From positions 1-64,000 of the forward strand of contig JAZDLW010000021.1 in assembly GCA_043801595.1 (NCBI GenBank): 64,000 nucleotides of DNA, given 5' to 3'. The position numbers were made by a program, and so were the translations under genes. Origin of the DNA: Candidatus Aenigmatarchaeota archaeon (GTDB lineage Archaea > Aenigmatarchaeota > Aenigmatarchaeia > JACPZZ01). Numbering within the stretch: the stretch's first letter is position 1; every line of letters begins with the position of its first letter. The notes below the pieces were generated by a model. It was not told the DNA's origin, ran no database searches, and worked only from the letters and a program-made list of their open reading frames with translations. Below are positions 47,095 to 57,049 of this stretch, piece by piece.

Positions 47095-47648
47095 TCACTG
47101 ATGCAATTTCACCCTGTACTCGTCCAACATTTGATAATACAGGTGCCTGTTCTGAGAATTGACAATAACAATTTCTCGGGAAAATACTTCATCCTTACAT
47201 GGTTTAACAATAATCTTCCTGTTCTTCCGTTTCCGTCTACAAATGGATGGACAACTTCAAACCTGTTATGCAATTCCCATTCCGTGTGCTGCCTATACCC
47301 TTTTAAGAGGGCGACCTCCATGTCTTCTTCCAGTCCGCCCATCAACGATTCAACAACATATCCGGGAGGGGGATGAACGTGCCGACCGATTCTGACATGA
47401 TGTTTTCTATATTCTCCAGCCTCTTCTCCCTTGACATCTATAAGTCCGTTCATCAAAATTCGGTGCAATTCCCTGATTGATATTTTTTTGTTGTTTCTTG
47501 CATAATCGAAAGCGGCAAGGTGTTGGCTGACAAAGGGGCTTGCCGGATTGTCCTCGTCAACTCCCTCAATGAGATTCGACTCTAAACAGAATTCCAGTAT
47601 ATTTTCTTTTGTTGCGGAAACTATCCTGCTGAATGAATTGTAATCCAT
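47095..47648 (-). pseudogene. Fic-family protein with apparent -1 frameshift near the 3' end
   Basis: ESNLIEG, ELHRILM, HPFVDGNGRTGR; a Fic-like tail EIVIVNSQNRHLYYQMLDEY lies in the -1 frame from about 47175. Confidence 0.65.
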
Positions 47649-47800
47649 ATCTGTCACTGAATAAAACACAAATCACACATTTAAATGGTTGCATAACCGA
47701 TGAACGCAAGAAATAACACTAAGTTTCACTTTCCCTGATGAGCGGTTTCCCCATTTCATTGATACGAACCGTTTAATAATAAAAACCGCGATGATTCCAT

Positions 47801-48457
47801 ATGGAAAATTTACTTTACAGCCTTGTAAAGAAAGGCGCCCACGAAAAGTTTGTCAGCACGAATACAATCGAACTGGCTGCGGAATGCGGAATGTCGCAGC
47901 AAACCGCCTCGCGCAAGCTGATTGAATTTGAAAAAGAAGGCCTGATTGAAAGAAAAATCGACAGGCGCGGGCAATCCATAAGATTAACGCATAAAGCCCT
48001 GGCGGATTTGAAAAACATTTACAAAAATCTGCGGCCTGTTTTCGGAAAAATACCGGAAAAGCTGGTGATAGAAGGAAAGGTTTTCTCCGGCCTGGGCGAG
48101 GGCAGCTTTTACGTAACAACGCCGGGTTACAGAAAGCAATTTGTGCGCAAATTGGGCTTTGACCCGTATCCCGGAACGCTTAATGTCAAACTGGAAACGG
48201 AATGCGATATGGCTGCCAAGGCTGAACTGGAAACCATGCCTTCGGTTCAGATAGACGGTTTCAAGGACGAAAAGCGGACATACGGCAACGCGAACTGCTA
48301 CAGAGCGACGATTGACGGCGTTGAGGCTGCCATACTGATCATCGAACGCACGCACCATCCGGTTGACATAGTCGAAGTGATATCGCCGCATTTCCTGCGC
48401 AAGAAATTAAAATTAAAGGACGGCTCCGCTGTTAAAATACTACTTAAAAATGAGTAA
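47801..48457 (+). CDS. ribK: CTP-dependent riboflavin kinase with N-terminal wHTH (RbkR-like)
   Basis: SQQTASRKL HTH; GKVFSGLGEG, PYPGTLN, RTHH, LRKKLKLKDG. Confidence 0.93.
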   Translation: MENLLYSLVKKGAHEKFVSTNTIELAAECGMSQQTASRKLIEFEKEGLIERKIDRRGQSIRLTHKALADLKNIYKNLRPVFGKIPEKLVIEGKVFSGLGEGSFYVTTPGYRKQFVRKLGFDPYPGTLNVKLETECDMAAKAELETMPSVQIDGFKDEKRTYGNANCYRATIDGVEAAILIIERTHHPVDIVEVISPHFLRKKLKLKDGSAVKILLKNE

Positions 48458-48468
48458 CAAGCTATTTA

Positions 48469-48963
48469 TTGGTACCAGCGTATGAATTGTTCGTGGTCAG
48501 GTTCAAAATAGGCGTTGTGGATACGACGTTTGCGCGCGTTGACATGGGTTCTTTCGCAATCAACGAGTTGAAGAAATACGGCGATGTTATCGTTGTGCGC
48601 GTGACTGTTCCCGGGATGAAAGACCTGGCTGTTGCGTGCAAGAAACTGCTGGATAACGGCTGTGATATCTGCCTTGCGATTGCGATGGTGGGCGGACATA
48701 AACTGGACGAAACGTGCGCACACGAGGCGAACATGGGAATCATGCAGGCGCAATTAATGACGAACAAACACATTCTTGGCGTTTTCGTGCACGAAATCGA
48801 AACGAACGACGAAAAAGACCTTTATAGCATCTGTGTTGACCGCGTTACCAAGCACGCGCGCAATGCGTATCTGCTTGTAGCGAAACCCGACGAATTGACG
48901 AAAAACGCCGGCATGGGAAAAAGACAGGGACGCGATGACGCAGGACCTTTGGTGGTTAAATGA
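48469..48963 (+). CDS. ribC: Archaeal riboflavin synthase
   Basis: IGVVDTTFARVDMG, TVPGMKDL, VFVHE, GKRQG; start uncertain. Confidence 0.93.
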   Translation: MVPAYELFVVRFKIGVVDTTFARVDMGSFAINELKKYGDVIVVRVTVPGMKDLAVACKKLLDNGCDICLAIAMVGGHKLDETCAHEANMGIMQAQLMTNKHILGVFVHEIETNDEKDLYSICVDRVTKHARNAYLLVAKPDELTKNAGMGKRQGRDDAGPLVVK

Positions 48964-49370
48964 ACATAGGAATTGTGACAAGCGAGTTTAACCCGGAAAT
49001 AACTTCTGTAATGGAAAAACAGGCGCTGGCGAAAGCGAAAGAATTCGGCGTTAATGTTGTCAAATCTTTGAAAGTTCCGGGCTCTTTCGATATGCCTATA
49101 ATGGTAAAAAAACTTCTTGAGAGAAACGATATAGACGCGGTTGTCACTTTGGGCGCGATAATAAAAGGCGGCACAAAGCACGACGAGGTAATCGGTTATG
49201 CTGTTGCGAAAAAACTCGCGGACCTTAGCGTAGAATTTGGAAAGCCGGTCGCACTAGGCATTATCGGGCCGGGCGCGACCTGGCGCCAGGCAGAGGAACG
49301 CGCCAAAGATTACGCAGAACGCGCACTCGGCGCTGCGATTAAGCTGTGTGAAGAATTGAACAGGCTGTGA
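48960..49370 (+). CDS. ribH: 6,7-dimethyl-8-ribityllumazine synthase
   Basis: SEFN, VPGSFDMP, LGAIIKGGTKHD, KPVALG. Confidence 0.95.
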   Translation: MNIGIVTSEFNPEITSVMEKQALAKAKEFGVNVVKSLKVPGSFDMPIMVKKLLERNDIDAVVTLGAIIKGGTKHDEVIGYAVAKKLADLSVEFGKPVALGIIGPGATWRQAEERAKDYAERALGAAIKLCEELNRL

Positions 49371-49376
49371 TAGAAG

Positions 49377-49943
49377 ATGGCCGAGTTGATTTCTAAAGCC
49401 AGACTCCCGACAATATACGGAGAGTTCACAATATTCGCGTTCAAGGACAACGACAATGAACACGTGGTCCTGCTAAACGAGAAGGGGAAACGTGAAAAAA
49501 CAGCTGTTCGAATACACTCGAAATGCCTTACAGGCGACGTTTTCAAGTCGCTGCGCTGCGACTGCGGTGAGCAGTTGAATGAGTCGCTAAAGCGCATAGG
49601 AAAAAACGGAGGGGTCTTGATTTACCTTGACCAGGAAGGGCGTGGAATCGGACTAACGAACAAAATAAAAGCGTATGCGCTGCAGGACACGGGGCTTGAC
49701 ACATACGAGGCCAACGAGTTTCTCGGGTTCGGCGATGACGAGCGTGATTATGGCATAGTTCTGGAAATACTGAAATCGCTAGGTATAAACGACATAAGAC
49801 TGTTTACAAACAACCCGGCGAAAATAAAATTTTTGGAACGCAACGGCGTCAGGGTGGAGCGTGTCCCGTTGATTATGAAACCGAACAAACACAACTCGGC
49901 TTATCTGAAAGCGAAACGGATCAAATCCAGCCACTTATTTTAA
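49377..49943 (+). CDS. ribA: GTP cyclohydrolase II
   Basis: RIHSKCLTGD, RCDCGEQL, QEGRGIGL, TNNP.K. Confidence 0.95.
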   Translation: MAELISKARLPTIYGEFTIFAFKDNDNEHVVLLNEKGKREKTAVRIHSKCLTGDVFKSLRCDCGEQLNESLKRIGKNGGVLIYLDQEGRGIGLTNKIKAYALQDTGLDTYEANEFLGFGDDERDYGIVLEILKSLGINDIRLFTNNPAKIKFLERNGVRVERVPLIMKPNKHNSAYLKAKRIKSSHLF

Positions 49944-49993
49944 AAATTTCCGGAACGCAAAGGTTTAATAAGTTGACCTGAGATACTGGTTTC

Positions 49994-50335
49994 ATGTCAT
50001 ACATTGATATGGAAAAATTGCAGTACACAGTAAGGCACGAGAACAAATTACTCATACCGTTTATTATGGAAAACAATTCTACCGGAAAAACGCTAAGCCT
50101 GTTCTATGCTGATAGCGAAGCTTTGGAGAGGATGACAACGCCGGAACAGGACGGAAAATGCTATGTGTGGAGATTTGCCAGATCGCACAAAAAGGTCGAG
50201 AAGAAAGGGGCGACCTCGGGAAATGTAATGGAAGTGGTAAGCATATCTCCAGACTGCGAATACAAATCGCTGCTGGTAAAAGTGATACCGTCGGGTCCGG
50301 CGTGCCACACAGGAAAGGAAAGCTGCTACGACTAG
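49994..50335 (+). CDS. Phosphoribosyl-AMP cyclohydrolase (HisI)-like protein, divergent
   Basis: KGATSGN, DC, GPACHTGKESC; DCDxD is changed to DCEYK. Confidence 0.75.
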   Translation: MSYIDMEKLQYTVRHENKLLIPFIMENNSTGKTLSLFYADSEALERMTTPEQDGKCYVWRFARSHKKVEKKGATSGNVMEVVSISPDCEYKSLLVKVIPSGPACHTGKESCYD

Positions 50336-50503
50336 GATGGCACAAAAGGTCTCTTGTTTAGTTATTGCCATCTGTGCTATTCGCGCAAACAATTCCGTAT
50401 ATTACGTGCACATCCGCCTTAACGGACATGTTGTTTATATCTCCGACTACCCGAAAAAATGACTTATAAATCAAAATAATCAAATAAAAATTCGTTGAAA
50501 TAA

Positions 50504-51466
50504 ATGGACATTTTTTATCCGTTGCAGATGTTCGCGGACTGGCTGGTTTATTCCCTGCTAAAAATATCGAAAGAAACGGTTTTTGGAGGATCCCTTAACT
50601 ACTTTGTATATGACAGCGTAAAAATTTACATCCTGCTTTGCTCGATCATCTATCTCTTTGCCGTGATCAGGACATTCCTGCCGCCCGAGAGGGTCAGGAA
50701 AATACTCTCGGGAAGATTCGAATTCGGCGGCAATATCACAGCCTCATTCATAGGAATATTCACGCCATTCTGCTCGTGCTCGGCGGTCCCCCTGTTTATC
50801 GGTTTTGTCGAATCCGGAGTCCCGTTGGGAGTAACTTTTTCGTATCTTATCGCAGCTCCGATGATAAATGAGGTTGCGGCGGTTTTGCTGCTGGGTATGT
50901 TTGGGTGGAAAGTCGCATTGATCTACATCGCATCCGGCTTCACGATTTCGGTTTTTGCGGGTTATGCATTGGGAAAAATGAATCTCAAGAAATATGTCGA
51001 GGGTTATGTCTGGAAAACCAGGGCGAAGAGGATTAGAAGCACGGATGTAACCTGGACAGAAAGATCGGAACGATCCTATGACGAAACAAAGGGTATTGTA
51101 AAAAGAGTGTTTCCATTCGTGTTATTGGGCGTTGGGATCGGTTCCTTAATACACGGATACGCTCCGGAAAACCTTTTGGCAAGCATTGCAGGAAAGAACA
51201 ATTTATTCGCAGTGCCGATAGCGGTTTTAATCGGCGTTCCCCTTTATTCGAATGCGGCCGGAATGATCCCGATAGTCAGCTCGCTGTTTGAAAAAGGCGT
51301 TCCGTTGGGAACCGCCCTTGCATTCATGATGGCAACAACTGCGCTATCAATACCCGAAGCCGTAATTTTAAGAAAAGTATTGAAACCCAGACTTTTGGCA
51401 ACCTATTTTGCGATTGTAACACTGGGGATAATATTTACAGGATATTTGTTTAATTTGATAATTTAG
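50504..51466 (+). CDS. ArsP/DUF318 permease
   Basis: TPFCSCS.VP, APMINE, GVPLY, ALSIPE. Confidence 0.92.
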   Translation: MDIFYPLQMFADWLVYSLLKISKETVFGGSLNYFVYDSVKIYILLCSIIYLFAVIRTFLPPERVRKILSGRFEFGGNITASFIGIFTPFCSCSAVPLFIGFVESGVPLGVTFSYLIAAPMINEVAAVLLLGMFGWKVALIYIASGFTISVFAGYALGKMNLKKYVEGYVWKTRAKRIRSTDVTWTERSERSYDETKGIVKRVFPFVLLGVGIGSLIHGYAPENLLASIAGKNNLFAVPIAVLIGVPLYSNAAGMIPIVSSLFEKGVPLGTALAFMMATTALSIPEAVILRKVLKPRLLATYFAIVTLGIIFTGYLFNLII

Positions 51467-51531
51467 ACGTTCGTGATGGTGTTATCAAGAATAAAAGTCA
51501 TTTTTCAACCCGGTTTCCCGATTCAAATTTT

Positions 51532-52001
51532 TTACAACCTACCCAGGTACACGACTCTCGCGTTTTTCATTGCTTCGAAGTTTGATTTGTCCCTTCCCTT
51601 TAACGTATAGATGACAACCTCGTCATATTCTGTGCAATGTTTTCGAACAACATCATCGCCGTTGAGATTGGTTAATATTCCTTCCTCATCCGAGATGCAA
51701 CCTAAAAAACCGGCTATGCGCGGAGTTTTTCTTTTAAACTCAGATTGCATTTCCGTTTGCAGACGATGCCCTATTTCCAGCGCGTCCTGTTCTTTTTCAA
51801 TATTGTCTATCACCCTTACGCCGTTTTCGTAATGAAACCGGATTCCGACAGAGTTTAACCTTTTGCCGTATTCTGTTCCGAAACCAGAATTACACACACA
51901 TCCGCTTTCTTTGACATGGTGTTTATTTCTTCGTATACTTGCGGATGGCCGTAAAGGTCGCCTGACAGCTTGACAAGAATGTTTTTGTTATTGCCGATCA
52001 T
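51532..52001 (-). pseudogene. Minimal amino-acid-kinase-like protein split by a frameshift at about 51890
   Basis: ILVKLSGD in one frame; GFGTE...GVRV...TNLNGDD in the -1 frame. Confidence 0.6.
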
Positions 52002-52051
52002 GCATAAACTAGCAAATTCAAACTTTAATCTCTTTCTGTCCAATTCCGTCT

Positions 52052-52621
52052 ATGGCCAGAAAGCTGACTGTCTTACGAATAAACCGGGATTATGATACGG
52101 ATCTGCTTAAAGAACTGGCGCTCGCAGCCATAGAACCGTTCAACGGGCTGTTTGAATTTTCTGGTGTCGAACACGATGTGATGATGCTGGAATGCGAAAA
52201 ACTGCCGGAAGAAACGCCTGTAGTGGACTGGCAACTGGATATCATCCGCACAATATACATTGAAAGCGAACGCGACGGATTCATTGTTGCAATAATGCCT
52301 CATCCGATGCCGTATTACGGGGTCATCGATCTGCCAGAGGCTGCCAAGAACAGGACAGTGTTCTTATCAACCCACGTGCCTTACATGGATCCGCGCAACA
52401 GCGCAGATTTTTTGCACTACGGAAGCAGGGTTGCGGCGCACGGACTTGGTCATTTGATACTGGACTCAAAAGGTTCGTACCATCATGATAAACCAATCAA
52501 GACGAAAAACGGTGCATATTGCCTGATGAGTATGGAAGACTATGGAATAAACATAAAACCATTCCTCGATAAACTCGGAATGGAATTTTGCAAAAGCTGC
52601 AGCGGGCAAATGAGAAAATAA
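52052..52621 (+). CDS. Archaemetzincin-like protein lacking the catalytic Glu
   Basis: AAHGLGH...H...CLMS...FCKSC. Confidence 0.65.
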   Translation: MARKLTVLRINRDYDTDLLKELALAAIEPFNGLFEFSGVEHDVMMLECEKLPEETPVVDWQLDIIRTIYIESERDGFIVAIMPHPMPYYGVIDLPEAAKNRTVFLSTHVPYMDPRNSADFLHYGSRVAAHGLGHLILDSKGSYHHDKPIKTKNGAYCLMSMEDYGINIKPFLDKLGMEFCKSCSGQMRK

Positions 52622-52629
52622 TCAGCTGT

Positions 52630-53565
52630 CTATCTTCTCCGCGCGCTCATGATTGATAAAACCACGCTTTTTCCCACTGCGGAATTTTTTGTATTAAGCT
52701 GGGGATTGCCAGCCGCAACCAGATAGAACTGATAATCGGTCAATTCCTCGGGCATTTCTAAAAACTCCATCCGTTCTATTGCAAATATACCGCCGTACAT
52801 TCTTTCGAAATCCGACCTAAGGCCTTTCTCCATGCCCGGCTGCCTTACAAAACGCAGCGCTTCGACATAATGCCCGTTGCGAGGCAGCAACTGGCTTGCG
52901 ATCTCCGCGATCTCGTACAATGAAGCGACTCCGATATCGTGAATGCCGCGTTCTGAATAATAAATTTCGCCTGCCATATGACAGGATCCGCCCGGGAGCA
53001 TGAACGATATACAATCCGGACGACCTATTTCCTTGATGTGGCGCCTTGTCAATTCAAGCGAGCGCTGCTTTTTTGCTGTTCGGACATCGTCCTGCAGAAG
53101 ATTGAATTTGCCGCGTTCCAGCAATTTCCATGAATCGTTGTCTATCGGCGTTACGACCGCGCCCTTTCCTTCGACCCATTTGACAATCGACGACGCGTAG
53201 GAATTGACGGGTTTGTTCATGGACAACAGGTATTGCTCCGCTTTTGCGAGCGAATAATGGTTTATATCAATGCCGAGCGAATTGTCGAAATTAACCTCTG
53301 CCAAAAGTTCGCCGGATCCGCAACAGACATCCAGATAACATTCTGTTGGTTTGATGAACTCGGCGACGCGCTTGTACACCCCAGCCGCTCTAAGATGCAC
53401 AGCATTCCTGTTCCAGTCATCGGCGTATGCACGCATATTGTCGCTTATTTCGGCTATGGCACCGTGCATCGTGCTTTTGTCGAAATGCGTTACATGAAAA
53501 GAGTCTTTTGACAGCTTGTTCGCACGCGCTAACCAGCGTTTTTCGTACTCGGCCAAATCGATCAT
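52630..53565 (-). CDS. Class I SAM-dependent methyltransferase-like protein
   Basis: YLDVCCGSG, GIDIN. Confidence 0.72.
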   Translation of the reverse strand: MIDLAEYEKRWLARANKLSKDSFHVTHFDKSTMHGAIAEISDNMRAYADDWNRNAVHLRAAGVYKRVAEFIKPTECYLDVCCGSGELLAEVNFDNSLGIDINHYSLAKAEQYLLSMNKPVNSYASSIVKWVEGKGAVVTPIDNDSWKLLERGKFNLLQDDVRTAKKQRSLELTRRHIKEIGRPDCISFMLPGGSCHMAGEIYYSERGIHDIGVASLYEIAEIASQLLPRNGHYVEALRFVRQPGMEKGLRSDFERMYGGIFAIERMEFLEMPEELTDYQFYLVAAGNPQLNTKNSAVGKSVVLSIMSARRR

Positions 53566-53625
53566 AGTGCGGTTGTATAAGTTAAATTATTTAAGCGTGT
53601 CCGAACGTATGAATAAAGTTGTTTT

Positions 53626-54072
53626 ATGATATCAGGCGCGTCCGAGAAGCACATACAGCAGATAAAAATTCTGACAGATTACTGGGCGAAGAAGGGCGAG
53701 ATACTGCCGAGGAGCGAAGACACCATAAGATCAGGAATAAACGACTTCATTGTTTTGCAAAAAGACGGCAATGTTGTTGCAACAGTCTCGATAATCGAAT
53801 ATACGCAGCAACTCGCGGAATTAAGAAGTTTATGCGTGCATCCTGACCAACATGGGAAAGATTTCGGCAGCAGGATCGTTTTCGCAGCCGAGAACGAGGC
53901 GAGGGTTAGAAACGTAAAGATAGTTTTTGTTTTGACGAGAAAACCCGGATTTTTCGCGAAACTCGGTTTTAAGCGCGGAATTGTCCGCACGGAAAAGATC
54001 TACAAAGACTGCGTCGACTGTCCTTTATATAAAAACGGCTGCGATGAAGTTTACATGGAAAAGAAACTTTAA
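53626..54072 (+). CDS. ArgA-like GNAT N-acetyltransferase
   Basis: ILPRS, AELRSLCV, HGKDFG, VFVLT, FF.KLGF, KIYKDC..C. Confidence 0.85.
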   Translation: MISGASEKHIQQIKILTDYWAKKGEILPRSEDTIRSGINDFIVLQKDGNVVATVSIIEYTQQLAELRSLCVHPDQHGKDFGSRIVFAAENEARVRNVKIVFVLTRKPGFFAKLGFKRGIVRTEKIYKDCVDCPLYKNGCDEVYMEKKL

Positions 54073-55154
54073 TCCGCGCCTATAAACTTCTCAAGCATTT
54101 CACGGGCGACGTCATCCGAAAACTGCTCGGCAGGATGCTTGCAGAAATACGCCGACGCTCCGACTAACGGGCCTGCGATTTTCCTGTCCAGCGCGATTTT
54201 GCAGCAGCGGATGGCATCAATAACAACGCCCGCAGAGTTTGGCGAGTCTTCGACCGATAAACGAAGCTCAAGATTAAGCGGAACATCGCCGAAGTTGCGT
54301 CCTTCCATTCTGATAAACGCTATTTTATTGTCATTCAGCCATGGAACGTAATCGCTCGGGCCTATGTGGATGTTATCATCTTCGAGGCGCTTCGGAATGT
54401 TCGATTGAACCGCTTCTGTCTTTGAAATCTTCTTGCTTTTTAACCTGACCCGATCGAGCATGTTTTTAAAATCGGTATTTCCGCCCACATTGAGCTGGTA
54501 CATACGATCGATCTTTACGCCGCGATCCGCGAAAAGCTTTGCCAATACACGATTGATTATTGTTGCTCCGATCTGGCTTTTTACGTCGTCTCCGATAATA
54601 GGAAGATTTTTCTGCCTGAATTTGTCCGCCCATTTTTTATCGGACGAGATGAACACGGGCATGCAGTTGACAAAGGCGCAGCCCGCATCGAGCGCGGATT
54701 GCGCGTAGAACTTTACCGCGTTTTCCGAACCCACGGGCATGTAATTTACCAGGATTTCCGCACCTGTCTTTTTTAAGATGCCTGTGACGTCGACCTCCTT
54801 CTCTTCCGCAACGACAAATGAATTTCTTTCGCCGCCATTCATATGCTCGGCTACGCCGTCCAGCACCGGGCCTTTCATCACGGTTACGCCCATCTTCGGG
54901 ACTTCGGAGAATTTCTTGGTGCAATTCGGTTCTGCGAATATCGCTTCGGAAACGTCCTTTCCGACCTTGCGTTCATCGATATCGAACGCTGCCACAAGCC
55001 CGATGTCGGATATCTTATACCCGCCCAGCACATTGTGCATTAAACCGGGCACAACCTCGTCGTTTGCGTTTACGTTGCGATAGTAATGCAACCCCTGTAC
55101 AAGCGAGGACGCACAATTACCGAGACCGGCTATTGCGATGCGTATTTTTCCCAT
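54069..55154 (-). CDS. ino1: Myo-inositol-1-phosphate synthase
   Basis: GLGNCASSLVQG, GDDVKSQIGAT, QLNVGGNTDF, DSPNSAG. Confidence 0.96.
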   Translation of the reverse strand: MGKIRIAIAGLGNCASSLVQGLHYYRNVNANDEVVPGLMHNVLGGYKISDIGLVAAFDIDERKVGKDVSEAIFAEPNCTKKFSEVPKMGVTVMKGPVLDGVAEHMNGGERNSFVVAEEKEVDVTGILKKTGAEILVNYMPVGSENAVKFYAQSALDAGCAFVNCMPVFISSDKKWADKFRQKNLPIIGDDVKSQIGATIINRVLAKLFADRGVKIDRMYQLNVGGNTDFKNMLDRVRLKSKKISKTEAVQSNIPKRLEDDNIHIGPSDYVPWLNDNKIAFIRMEGRNFGDVPLNLELRLSVEDSPNSAGVVIDAIRCCKIALDRKIAGPLVGASAYFCKHPAEQFSDDVAREMLEKFIGAD

Positions 55155-55212
55155 GTTTACCATTGATAAATTGTATGTCACGTATTTAACTATTTTACGG
55201 CTGTATAATAGT

Positions 55213-55512
55213 ATGGTAAAACCGTCGGAAAGGCTGGAAAGATCGCTGACTGTGGACAATCTGTGGCAGTACATTTTACGGTCATTAAGAAAGCCGAAAT
55301 ACGCGTATGAGTTGGCGAAAGGGATAAAAAACGCGAACATGGTAACGGTTTACGCTGTCCTATACAAGCTTGAGATCGGAGGTTATGTGAAAAGGGCGTT
55401 TTCCGGAAAAGGCGGCGGCCCGACGAGAAAATATTATGTTGCAACGAAAAAAGGGCTGGAAGAATTAAGGAAAGGCAAGGCTATAATAAAAAACCACCTG
55501 AAAAGGCTCTGA
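55213..55512 (+). CDS. PadR-family transcriptional regulator
   Basis: YAYEL, VYAVLYKLE..GYV, RKYY..T.KG; divergent from ino1. Confidence 0.88.
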   Translation: MVKPSERLERSLTVDNLWQYILRSLRKPKYAYELAKGIKNANMVTVYAVLYKLEIGGYVKRAFSGKGGGPTRKYYVATKKGLEELRKGKAIIKNHLKRL

Positions 55513-55542
55513 TACAAACCGTTTGCGATTGTTCCGGAAATT

Positions 55543-55737
55543 TTATCGCTTGAACCTTGCGACATCCTTGATCGTGTCGACGTGCGTCATAAACAAGGCG
55601 CGGCAACAATACCTTTCCAGACCGAGGCTATCGAGAATTTTCACGGCCGATTCGCCTTCCTTGATACGCTGGCTGTACTGTTCCCACAAATGACCGAGCG
55701 GTTTGCCGCATGTTATGCATCGAATCGGAATCATCAT
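55543..55737 (-). CDS. rpoN: RNA polymerase subunit N (Rpo10)
   Basis: IPIRCITCG, RYCCR. Confidence 0.97.
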   Translation of the reverse strand: MMIPIRCITCGKPLGHLWEQYSQRIKEGESAVKILDSLGLERYCCRALFMTHVDTIKDVARFKR

Positions 55738-55744
55738 GGTGATA

Positions 55745-56065
55745 TTACTCCCTCAACTCTATTTCAATCTGGACGTTTTCCGGAATGTTGACGCGCATTA
55801 TCTGCCTAAGAGCGCGTTCGTTGGCGCCTATATCTACGATCCGTTTGTGAACGCGCATTTCCCATTTGTCCCAGGTCGCATTTCCGTGCCCGGTGCCGTC
55901 GCCGCACGGAGTTTTCAGCACGCTAACACGCAATTTTTTCGTAGGAAGAGGAATCGGACCGGCTATTGAAACTCCTGTTTTTTCAGCTATCATTTTTATC
56001 TCTTTGCATATCACGTCAAGCTGTTTCAGGTCCGTACTGGAAAGTTTTATTCTTGCTATCTGCAT
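55745..56065 (-). CDS. rps10: 30S ribosomal protein S10
   Basis: [21 protein letters not shown]. Confidence 0.96.
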   Translation of the reverse strand: MQIARIKLSSTDLKQLDVICKEIKMIAEKTGVSIAGPIPLPTKKLRVSVLKTPCGDGTGHGNATWDKWEMRVHKRIVDIGANERALRQIMRVNIPENVQIEIELRE

Positions 56066-56092
56066 GGGTCATCACATGTTCGTCATGATAAT

Positions 56093-57049
56093 TTATATAC
56101 GCATTGATTTAGTTATTTCGGCTACCTTTATAAGCTTTTTAGCCGCCGGAACAAATTTTCCCAGCAAATAGGACGGGGTCAGATGCGCAGCGACCAGCAC
56201 TTTTTTGAAATTGTTGACGCAAAAATGCCTTTTTCCGAGCTCGACGTCCCTTATGTTTTCCCGCCTTATGCCGACCCTTTCGCCTAACTGCTTCTGGGTT
56301 AACCCCATTCCCAACCTTCTTCGCCTAAGAATAGAACCGATATTGGTGTTGGATAGAATTTTTACCCAGTCGTCCTCGGTCGGCCATTTGTCGCGGAAAA
56401 AACGTTCCCTGTGATCAATTCCTTTGCGGCCGGTTGAACAATCTAATATTTCTTTCGGGCAATTAATACCGATGGTTTGAAAAAACCGCAACGGCGTGCC
56501 GTCCTGAACTTTTGAATACAATGCGTAACCGGCCTTTTCGCCTTTGTTGAAACCGCTCGCGGATTCAGTTGCGTAGAAATTAAGCTTTCGTTTACGTAAC
56601 TTCTCTAGCAGGATTTCTACGTCTTTTTTGGAAAAGCAGTTCGTTGCCAAGCAGAGCGTAGGAACGCGGTTCTCGTCGTTCTTTCTTCTTACTAAACAAC
56701 CGTCGCCTAGATACCAATACAACAAAGTTGTTGGTGTGATTTCCAAATCATCTGGCAACATTTTCGATGTTTTGCCGTTTTCCTTAATGTACCATTTTCC
56801 TCTCAATTCCATGAATTGTTTGTAATGGCAGGTGTTGATGTAAAAACTTAGAGAATGCACACCGGGGTTATCTACCGTTATCCAACATCTTATTTTATAA
56901 CTTTCAAAAAATTTCTTTAAGTTTTCTAGAAATTTTTTATCTTTCGCTGTATATTTGAATGTGAAATATTTTTCCTTATCAACACGAATACACGCATCTC
57001 CTAAAAGACTGCCATTGATTATACTTCTTAATTCTTCCACAAAATTCAT
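56093..57049 (-). CDS. Free-standing LAGLIDADG endonuclease-like protein with C-terminal XRE HTH
   Basis: IINGSLLGDACI and LLYWYLGDGCL motifs; LATNCF; C-terminal RRLGMGLTQKQLGERVGIRRENIRDVELG. Confidence 0.85.
   Translation of the reverse strand: MNFVEELRSIINGSLLGDACIRVDKEKYFTFKYTAKDKKFLENLKKFFESYKIRCWITVDNPGVHSLSFYINTCHYKQFMELRGKWYIKENGKTSKMLPDDLEITPTTLLYWYLGDGCLVRRKNDENRVPTLCLATNCFSKKDVEILLEKLRKRKLNFYATESASGFNKGEKAGYALYSKVQDGTPLRFFQTIGINCPKEILDCSTGRKGIDHRERFFRDKWPTEDDWVKILSNTNIGSILRRRRLGMGLTQKQLGERVGIRRENIRDVELGKRHFCVNNFKKVLVAAHLTPSYLLGKFVPAAKKLIKVAEITKSMRI

Noticed and set aside
47695..47755. Fluoride riboswitch or C/D sRNA (GATGA...CTGATGA) and degenerate tRNA-Pro att site (CGGTTTCCCCAT)
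   Set aside because: The required pairings are weak or absent, and the att match is only 9/12.
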